Made by a program: the position numbers and the translations under genes | Shown here: positions 1-6,512 of the stretch, piece after piece | Layout of the letters: every line of letters begins with the position of its first letter | Position numbering within the stretch: the first letter of the stretch is position 1 | Assembly: GCA_021827285.1 (NCBI GenBank) | Contig: JAKAWM010000001.1 | Location: 1 to 27,995 of the forward strand | DNA: 27,995 bases | From: Actinomycetes bacterium | GTDB lineage: Bacteria > Actinomycetota > Acidimicrobiia > Acidimicrobiales > Palsa-688 | Direction: 5' to 3' | Notes under the pieces: generated by a model | Told to the model about the DNA's origin: nothing | Seen by the model: only the letters and a program-made list of their open reading frames with translations | Database searches by the model: none

Positions 1-1
1 G

Positions 2-484
2 CTCCGCCACGCCAAGTCAGACTGGGGCGACCCGGGCTTGCCAGATCACGGTCGGCCCCTCTCTCCCCGAGGAGAACGGGCCGCTCGTGACCTGGCTACC
101 TACCTGCGGCGTATGGGGGTAACGCCGGCGCTCGTGCTGTGTTCCAGTGCCCTGCGGGCGCGCCAAACGCTGGGCGCATTGGCCATTAGCGGGGAGGTCC
201 GTTACGAGGACGCGCTGTACGGAGCTAGTGCCGGTGAGCTCGTGGAGCGGCTTCAGCTCGTGCCCGAGGCCACGCCTTCGGTCCTACTCGTGGGGCACAA
301 TCCCGGCCTCCAGGAACTAGCCCTTCTCCTCGCAGGGGAAGGAAGCGCCGCTCTACGGGCACGCTTGGGCGAGAAGTTCCCGACGGGCGCGCTGGTCGAG
401 TTGGTGTTCCATGGGCCTTGGGCTGAGCTGGCAGGGGACGGGGCAGAGCTGACCGCCTTCATCGCGCCCCGCGACATCGCGTAG
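2..484 (+). CDS. sixA: SixA-like phosphohistidine phosphatase (histidine phosphatase superfamily), 5' end outside window
   Basis: Frame from base 2 reads LRHAKSDWGDPGLPDHGRPLSPRG, in frame with the listed ORF. It has the RHxK catalytic His motif, then LVLCSSALRARQT and LLVGHNPG, all typical of SixA. Confidence 0.88.
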   Translation, partial: LRHAKSDWGDPGLPDHGRPLSPRGERAARDLATYLRRMGVTPALVLCSSALRARQTLGALAISGEVRYEDALYGASAGELVERLQLVPEATPSVLLVGHNPGLQELALLLAGEGSAALRARLGEKFPTGALVELVFHGPWAELAGDGAELTAFIAPRDIA

Positions 485-512
485 AGGCAGAGCACTAGCA
501 GCTCCCGGCTGA

Positions 513-1790
513 CTAACGCCTGGCCGGGAGACCATACGGTGCGTTGGCCAGCTCAGCTTCAATGGCGAGCAGCCGGTTGTACTTGGCCACCCGCTCGCCC
601 CGTGCTGGTGCGCCCGTCTTCAGCTGGCCGCAACCCACCGCGACGGCCAGGTCGGCAATGAAGCTGTCGGGGGTCTCGCCGGAGCGGTGGGACACCATCT
701 GCGTGTAGCCGGCCTCGTTGCAAATGGCGATGGCTTCGAGGGTCTCGCTGACCGTGCCGATCTGGTTGAGCTTTATCAGGGCGGAGTTGCCCACCTTCCG
801 GCCGATCGCCTCACGGATTATGGAGGGGTTGGTCACAAAGACATCGTCTCCCACCAGCTGGGCTCGCCCGCCTAAACGTGCGGTCAGTTTTTCCCATCCG
901 TCCCAGTCGTCCTCGGCCAAACCGTCCTCGATGGACCAGATGGGGTAGTTGGCGACCAGCGTTTCGTACCGCGCGATCATCTCGGCGGTGCTGAAGCGGT
1001 GGCCGGGGGAGTAGCGGTAGCTGCCGTCCGGCTCATGCATCTCGGACGCGGCCGGGTCGAGAGCTATGGCCACCCCCTGGGCCCCGGGGGCGTAACCGGC
1101 AGAGTTGATGGCCTCAACCAATAGGTCAAGGACCTCTTCGGGCGTGCCCAAGTTGGGCGCGAACCCGCCTTCGTCCCCCAGGCCGGTCGAGTGCTTGCGG
1201 GAATGGAGCAGGCTGCGCAAGGCCTGGTAAATCTCGGCTCCCGCCCGTAGCGCTTCGGCAAAGGTGGGAAGCCCTATGGGGGCGAGCATGAACTCCTGGA
1301 ACTCGAGGTCGTTCTGGGCGTGGGCACCGCCGTTCACCACGTTGAAGTGGGGGACAGGAAGGCGCAGCTCAGCGCCCTGAGGCGATAACCATCGGTAAAG
1401 GGGTTGACCCGCAACGGTGGCCATGGCGCGCGCCGCGGCCATGGATGTCCCCACAATCGCGTTGGCACCCAGGCGGGCCTTGTTGTCGGTACCGTCCAGC
1501 TCGATCATGGCCCGATCGAGCTCTGCCAGGCTGGCCCAGGACCGCCCGGACAGCAGGCTGCTTATTTCCGTGTTCACGTTGTTCACGGCCTTGCTGACAC
1601 CCTGGCCCTTGAAGCGCTTCTGGTCCCCGTCTCTCAGCTCTACCGCTTCACGGGTACCGGTGGAAGCTCCGGAAGGGACCCCGGCACTCACGACGGGCCC
1701 GTTGGAGAGGCGCAAGCTCACTTCGAGGGTGGGCCGTGCCCGAGAGTCGAGGATCTCGAGGGCGTGTACTTCGGCGATCTCGTAGGACAT
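513..1790 (-). CDS. eno: Enolase (phosphopyruvate hydratase), divergent type
   Basis: Likely start at ATG 1790 (MSYEIAEVHALEILDSR). Enolase motifs present: PSGASTG, NGGAHA, FQEFM, GDEGGFAP, SIEDG, LVGDD, LIKLNQIG, SHRSGET, QLKTG. The N-terminal extension in the ORF track is not enolase-like. Confidence 0.97.
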   Translation of the reverse strand: MSYEIAEVHALEILDSRARPTLEVSLRLSNGPVVSAGVPSGASTGTREAVELRDGDQKRFKGQGVSKAVNNVNTEISSLLSGRSWASLAELDRAMIELDGTDNKARLGANAIVGTSMAAARAMATVAGQPLYRWLSPQGAELRLPVPHFNVVNGGAHAQNDLEFQEFMLAPIGLPTFAEALRAGAEIYQALRSLLHSRKHSTGLGDEGGFAPNLGTPEEVLDLLVEAINSAGYAPGAQGVAIALDPAASEMHEPDGSYRYSPGHRFSTAEMIARYETLVANYPIWSIEDGLAEDDWDGWEKLTARLGGRAQLVGDDVFVTNPSIIREAIGRKVGNSALIKLNQIGTVSETLEAIAICNEAGYTQMVSHRSGETPDSFIADLAVAVGCGQLKTGAPARGERVAKYNRLLAIEAELANAPYGLPARR

Positions 1791-1882
1791 GGCGGCGTTC
1801 CTCGCTTTCTGTTCGGCTGCGTTGCTCTGCGGGCCGGCGCCGCCAGCCCCGCACCCCAACCTAGCCTGGCCCGCCAGCCGGG

Positions 1883-1969
1883 TCGAAGGGCCGAACGTCA
1901 CATGGCGATCGAAGGGCCGAACGTCACATGGCGATCGAGGGGGCGAACGTCACATGGCGATCGAAGGGC
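1883..1969. repeat. 26-bp tandem repeat, about 3.3 copies (TCGAAGGGCCGAACGTCACATGGCGA)
   Basis: Units at 1883-1908, 1909-1934 and 1935-1960 (two substitutions), plus a partial copy from 1961. Intergenic, between the radical SAM stop and the eno start. Confidence 0.95.
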
Positions 1970-2005
1970 GAGGGCCTCACGGCGGTCGGGCGGCCGCGGC
2001 CGCGC

Positions 2006-3124
2006 TCAGGCTGGCACGTACCCGCAGGCCGGGTCCTGGCCCAGGGGATCGCCAAAGCTCGCCCATGCCCGCGAGCGCGACCCGCCGCAGAGGTCGCGCA
2101 GCTCGCAGCGCCCACAGCGGCCCGAGAACTCGGCCCTGCGGATGGCCTTGAGCAACTCGTGGTCGCGATATATGGCCACGGGGTCCTCCTCCTTCACGTT
2201 CCCGAGACGGAGGGGGAGGAAACCGGCTGGAAATGCCCAGCCGTCGTGCGAGATGAAGAAGATGCCCTTGCCGTCCCTCGTCCCTGCGCTGGCCGAGTTG
2301 GACGCCTTTTCCGCTGGTCCGAGGCGATGGCGGAGCTCCTCGGACAACTCCTGGTAGAGGGGGCCAAGAGCACGGGCCGAGGCTAGGCCCCCTACCCGCT
2401 CTCGCGCTCGCTCAGCCATGACGCGGCGGTACCAGGGTGCCTCTACCGTACGCACCGCGAAACCGTAATGGGACGCGTCGTAGAGGAAGTGGCAGACATC
2501 CTCGTTCTCGGGTGGGGACAGCTCCTGCTGGTCCCGTCCTCGGCCCACCTTCACGAGAAAGAAGACCTCCCAAGCCGAGGCGCCAACCTCCTTCACGATG
2601 GCGGCCACGCCGGCCAATTCCCGGGTATTGGCGCGCATGACGGCCGTGTTGACCTGCGTCTTGAAGCCGAGGTCGGTGGCCAGCCGCAACGCAGCCAGCG
2701 TCAGCTCGAAGTGGCCCGCCACTCCCCGGATCCCCTGGTGGGTAGCTGGTGTGGCGCCGTCCAGGCTGATCGAGATGCTGCTGACCCCGAGATTACGCAG
2801 CTCGGTCAGTACCGTGGGTGTGAGCCGGGGTGTGACGCTGGGCGCCAGCGCCACGCTCAGGCCGGCCAGGCGGGCGGCTGACACCAGTTGGAACAGGTCC
2901 GGGCGCATCAGCACATCGCCCCCGGTCAGCACGAGCACGGGTAGGCGTTCCGTTGGCGAGGCCCGAAAATGGCTGAGCTTTTCGATGAGCGCCAACCCCT
3001 CGTCGGTGGTCAGCTGGCCCGGCCCCGGGTTGGGCATGGCCGAGGCCCGGCAGTGCCGGCAGGCAAGCTCGCAGGCCTGGGTGGTCTCCCAAAAGACCAG
3101 GGCCGGCGTTCTGTCGAAGTTCAC
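2006..3124 (-). CDS. Radical SAM/SPASM-domain protein (TIGR04053-like; NirJ/AhbC/AhbD/PqqE-related)
   Basis: Motifs: WETTQACELACRHC (CxxxCxxC), LTGGD, SISLDG, QVNT, and C-terminal CGRCELRDLCGGSRSRA...DPAC. Probable start GTG 3124 (VNFDRTPALVFWE); the upstream part of the listed ORF looks non-coding. Confidence 0.88.
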   Translation of the reverse strand: MNFDRTPALVFWETTQACELACRHCRASAMPNPGPGQLTTDEGLALIEKLSHFRASPTERLPVLVLTGGDVLMRPDLFQLVSAARLAGLSVALAPSVTPRLTPTVLTELRNLGVSSISISLDGATPATHQGIRGVAGHFELTLAALRLATDLGFKTQVNTAVMRANTRELAGVAAIVKEVGASAWEVFFLVKVGRGRDQQELSPPENEDVCHFLYDASHYGFAVRTVEAPWYRRVMAERARERVGGLASARALGPLYQELSEELRHRLGPAEKASNSASAGTRDGKGIFFISHDGWAFPAGFLPLRLGNVKEEDPVAIYRDHELLKAIRRAEFSGRCGRCELRDLCGGSRSRAWASFGDPLGQDPACGYVPA

Positions 3125-3157
3125 CCAAATACAATGGGTCAGGCAGACCAGCGGCGG

Positions 3158-3177
3158 GCAGGGCCGTTGGTCCCGAA
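3158..3177. promoter_or_regulatory. DosR/DevR-like (NarL/FixJ-family regulator) operator GCAGGGCCGTTGGTCCCGAA
   Basis: Compared with the mycobacterial consensus TTSGGGACTWWAGTCCCSAA, the right arm GTCCCGAA is exact and G4-G5-G6-C8 are present in both halves. Lies between the divergent radical SAM and PNPOx-like genes. Confidence 0.6.
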
Positions 3178-3318
3178 TCTGCTTGGCGTCGGTACATCGC
3201 TGCCTGCGAGGAAGGGCAAAGCCGGGCGGGCTGGGGCCACTGCGTCCCCAAGCACAGGGTGCTCGTGGGCACCCCGGCGAAGCCTGGTGGCCCTTGCCGT
3301 GGTGCAAAGATCGTGGCC

Positions 3319-3825
3319 GTGATCTTGGACATGACACCCGAGGAGGTGGAGGGCTTCCTCCGCGAGCAAGTGGTTGGCCGGGTCGGCTGCCACACGGGCG
3401 GCAGGACCTATGTGGTCCCCGTCATCTTCGCCTGGGAGGACGGCTGCGTCTACGTGTACTCGATCGAGGGCCAAAAGGTACGCATGATGAGGCAGAACCC
3501 CGAGGTCTGCTTCGAGGTGGACGAGTACCGCCCCGGTGGTAGCTGGCGGAGCGTGATAGTGCAGGGGACATACGAAGAGCTGAGCGGCGACGACACCGGC
3601 CTGACACTGCGTCTACTGGGCTCCCGCTTCGCTCGCCGAGCCAGCGGCCGGGCCAGCACGGCCGGCAGCTCAGGCGCCGAAGGCAGAGGGCAAGGGCGTA
3701 CGCCGGTGGCCTTTCGCATCCGCGCCCGCGAGGTTACGGGACGCCGGGTAAACCGCTCCTTCGAGGCGAGCGCAAAGCGGCGCGCGGGCAGGTTACTCAC
3801 CCGGCGGATGGCGAAGGGTTCCTAA
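3319..3825 (+). CDS. Pyridoxamine 5'-phosphate oxidase-like flavin-nucleotide-binding protein (NimA/PNPOx split-barrel family)
   Basis: FLREQVVGRVGC...YVVPVIFAW...GQKVRMMRQNPEVCFEVD...SWRSVIVQGTYEEL is the family pattern. Start is GTG 3319 or ATG 3331. Confidence 0.85.
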   Translation: MILDMTPEEVEGFLREQVVGRVGCHTGGRTYVVPVIFAWEDGCVYVYSIEGQKVRMMRQNPEVCFEVDEYRPGGSWRSVIVQGTYEELSGDDTGLTLRLLGSRFARRASGRASTAGSSGAEGRGQGRTPVAFRIRAREVTGRRVNRSFEASAKRRAGRLLTRRMAKGS

Positions 3826-4017
3826 TGTTCTCCGGGAGCATGTCAAACTTAGGGCCGTCGCCGTGCTGAAATGCTCCAGTTCGTGAACCCTTCTATTTTG
3901 GTAAAGCCTCTATTCCCGGGTACAGCCTGATTGAGGAGAGGTTTAGCCTACTTTTAGACGATCCGGTAAAACTACTGCTCGCTCCAGGGTATGCTGGTGG
4001 CCAGAAAGAAGGCTGCC

Positions 4018-4899
4018 ATGGCCAGATGGCATTGCCCCGTTTGTGGGCTAGATTTCGCTTTTCACTCCGAGCTCGACTGGCATATTCGTGAATCCCATGC
4101 TCTTAAGCGTACCGCCGGCCTGGCCGGGCAATTGGAGAGAAAGGCCGTGCTCAGCTGGGGCCTGCTAAAGCAATTGCACTCTGCTCAAGAGGGCCTCTCT
4201 GCGTCATTGTTCTTATGGACGACCCCAGCCCCGGTTATGACCCGTTCGGACGCCGCTAACCTTCGCCAACTGGCGGCGCGCGCCAGCGAACGGCTTTCCC
4301 GAGACCTCCGAGGAGAGGCGTTGGCGCGGATCGAGAGCCGGCTGGGCGAAGCGGTCAGGGCCGCTCAGAGCGGGCCCACCGACCATGGCCTCGCCCTGTT
4401 CGTGAGCCAGACGGGTGCCGCGGTGGTGCCCTTGCCCTTCGCGCCCCGGGAGAGGGTCGTGGTCAACCCGACCTTCGCGGTGCGCGAGTTGCTCGATGGC
4501 CTGGAGAGGTGCCCTATGTACCGGGCGCTGGTACTGCGCGGCCCCGGGTTCCGGTTGCTCGAAGGCCGCGGCGAACGCCTCAGCGAGATCCGCGACTGGC
4601 AGGTGCCGAACCCGTCGCTATGGCGTGCCGCTCGGGCCGAGGCCAACCAGCCCTGGGCCAGATGTTGGACGCCCCGGCAGCGGCGGCGGGCCGCTTTTGC
4701 AGGCCCGGGCCGGGACCGGGTTGCGGCACAGCTGGGACAACCCCCGGGCGTCGCCGGGCATATCGCCCTCGACGAACCTGGCCTAGCCCCAGTCCAAGCG
4801 TCGAACTGGCCACCAGCCTCGTGGTCCGGGAAAGCACAGCCCCGCCACGGCCGTAGAGCCCCACCGCCCGTCCCGGCACTAGCCCCGCCACGGCCGTAA
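4018..4899 (+). CDS. C2H2 zinc finger fused to a baeRF3-like (bacterial archaeo-eukaryotic release factor family 3) domain; C-terminus apparently truncated or scrambled
   Basis: N-terminus CPVCGLDFAFHSELDWHIRESH fits C-x2-C-x3-F-x5-L-x2-H-x4-H. It is followed by DHGLALFVS...VVPLPFAPRERVVVNPTFAVRELL...YRALVL...RLLEG...LSEI, which I recognise as baeRF3-like. Start is ATG 4018 (AGAAGG upstream) or ATG 3991. Confidence 0.72.
   Translation: MARWHCPVCGLDFAFHSELDWHIRESHALKRTAGLAGQLERKAVLSWGLLKQLHSAQEGLSASLFLWTTPAPVMTRSDAANLRQLAARASERLSRDLRGEALARIESRLGEAVRAAQSGPTDHGLALFVSQTGAAVVPLPFAPRERVVVNPTFAVRELLDGLERCPMYRALVLRGPGFRLLEGRGERLSEIRDWQVPNPSLWRAARAEANQPWARCWTPRQRRRAAFAGPGRDRVAAQLGQPPGVAGHIALDEPGLAPVQASNWPPASWSGKAQPRHGRRAPPPVPALAPPRP
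4740..4856 (+). pseudogene. Possible C-terminal remnant of a LacI-family regulator
   Basis: An alternative frame ends VELATSLVVRESTAPPRP*, a typical actinobacterial LacI C-terminus. No HTH or sugar-binding body is present upstream. Confidence 0.45.
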
Positions 4900-4905
4900 A
4901 GCCCC
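4838..4905. repeat. 25-bp imperfect direct repeat AGCCCCGCCACGGCCGTA(G/A)AGCCCC
   Basis: Copies at 4838-4862 and 4881-4905 differ by one base. Each copy contains a stop codon (TAG or TAA) that ends one of the two overlapping frames. Confidence 0.85.
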
Positions 4906-4911
4906 GGCGCC

Positions 4912-4960
4912 ATTCTGGTGGTCCTAAGTGCCCCCAGCACGCATTTCGGACCACCAGAAT
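4912..4960. terminator. Inverted repeat between convergent genes, probable terminator
   Basis: ATTCTGGTGGTCC (4912-4924) and GGACCACCAGAAT (4948-4960) form a perfect 13-bp stem between the baeRF3-like and fumC stops. No long U-tract, which is common in actinobacteria. Confidence 0.6.
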
Positions 4961-4986
4961 ACGGCTTCGCCTTCCTCCGAAGGCAC

Positions 4987-6381
4987 TTACTTGACGATCC
5001 CGCCCCTTGTCATCGCCTCCACCGCTAGGGCGCGATCGACTTCCTCTTCGGAGAGCAGCCCCCGCTCTAGCACCACCGTCCGCAGGTCTTTACCCTCGGC
5101 GAGCGACTGTTTCACCACTCGAGCCGCCTCCTCGTAACCGATATAGGGATTGAGAGCGGTAACGATGGCGGGTGACGAAAGAGCGTAGTTGCGGCATCGC
5201 TCGGCGTCGGCTTCCAGCCCGGCAATGCAGCGATCGGCGAACAGGCGGCTCACATTGGTGAGTAGCCGCAGCGATTCGAGGAGGTTGCGGGCAATTACAG
5301 GGAGCATAACGTTCAACTCGAAGTTCCCGCCGGCGCCGCCAAAGGCAATGGAAGCGTCGTTGCCGATGACCTGGGCCACAACCTGGGACACGGCCTCTGG
5401 TATCACCGGGTTCACCTTTCCCGGCATTATCGAGCTCCCCGGCTGGAGGTCGGGGATCCGGATCTCGGCCAACCCGGCCCTGGGCCCGCTCCCCATCCAG
5501 CGCAAGTCCGTGGCGCATTTGTAAAGGGATACGGCCACCGTCCGCAGCACGCCCGAAACTTCGACCAGGGCGTCGCGTGAACCCTGGGCTTCGAAATGGT
5601 CCCGGGCCTCCCTTAGGGGCAAGCCCAGTTCGGAGGCCAGCCGTCTTATAACCCCGGCGGCAAATCCCGGCGGGGCGTTCAGCCCAGTACCCACGGCAGT
5701 ACCACCCAGGGGTAGCTCCCCTACCCGGGGCAAGCTGGCCTCCAGGCGTTCGATGCCGTGCTCAATTGCGGTGGCATAACCGCCCATCTCTTGGCCCAAG
5801 GTTACTGGGGTGGCGTCCATCAGATGCGTACGACCGGCTTTCACCACGCCGGCAAACTCAGCTGCTTTTTGGCGGAGCGTGCTGGCCAGATGCCCGAGGG
5901 CGGGGATGAGGGCGTCCTTCACCTCGGAGGTCGCAGCTAGGTGGATGGCCGATGGGAACACATCATTGGAAGACTGGGAAGCATTGACGTGGTCATTGGG
6001 GTGCACTTGCTGGCCCATGCGCTCCGTAGCCAGCGTGGCCAGGACCTCGTTCATGTTCATGTTGGAAGAGGTACCCGAGCCGGTCTGAAAGACGTCCACG
6101 GGGAACTCGCCGTCCCACTTGCCGCCGGCTACCTCGGTGGCCGCCTCGGTGATAGCCGCAGCGATGGCGGCGTCGATGACGCCCAACTCGGCATTTTGCT
6201 GGGCAGCGGCCCGTTTCACCAGGGCAAGTGAGCGTACGAGGGAACGCTCTATGGGCTGGCCAGAAACAGGGAAGTTCTCCACTGCCCGCTGGGTTTGGGC
6301 CTGCCACTTGGCCCGGGCCGGCACCCGGACCTCGCCCATGGAGTCATGTTCCACCCGGTAGGCCTCAGTCGTACCACTCAT
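4987..6381 (-). CDS. fumC: Class II fumarate hydratase
   Basis: Motifs: [57 protein letters not shown], and the [11 protein letters not shown] signature. Likely start ATG 6381. Confidence 0.96.
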   Translation of the reverse strand: MSGTTEAYRVEHDSMGEVRVPARAKWQAQTQRAVENFPVSGQPIERSLVRSLALVKRAAAQQNAELGVIDAAIAAAITEAATEVAGGKWDGEFPVDVFQTGSGTSSNMNMNEVLATLATERMGQQVHPNDHVNASQSSNDVFPSAIHLAATSEVKDALIPALGHLASTLRQKAAEFAGVVKAGRTHLMDATPVTLGQEMGGYATAIEHGIERLEASLPRVGELPLGGTAVGTGLNAPPGFAAGVIRRLASELGLPLREARDHFEAQGSRDALVEVSGVLRTVAVSLYKCATDLRWMGSGPRAGLAEIRIPDLQPGSSIMPGKVNPVIPEAVSQVVAQVIGNDASIAFGGAGGNFELNVMLPVIARNLLESLRLLTNVSRLFADRCIAGLEADAERCRNYALSSPAIVTALNPYIGYEEAARVVKQSLAEGKDLRTVVLERGLLSEEEVDRALAVEAMTRGGIVK

Positions 6382-6512
6382 ACCCATGAGGGTACTCCGC
6401 AACCCGATGGGACTGCCTAAACGAAGCTACCCGTGACGGCTGGGGCAGAAGTTGTTAAAGTGACTGGCGGGGCCGGTGAGTCGGGGGACCGGTTCGTCGC
6501 GAGGAGGTAACC

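Noticed and set aside
494-505. ACTAGCAGCTCC repeated at 27282-27293, both just after a stop codon
   Set aside because: Several chance 12-mer matches are expected in 28 kb, and there are only two copies with no clear shared structure.
1883-1969. Tandem repeat as a mini-CRISPR array
   Set aside because: Units are head-to-tail with no unique spacers, and there are no cas genes in the window. The same applies to 11991-12038.
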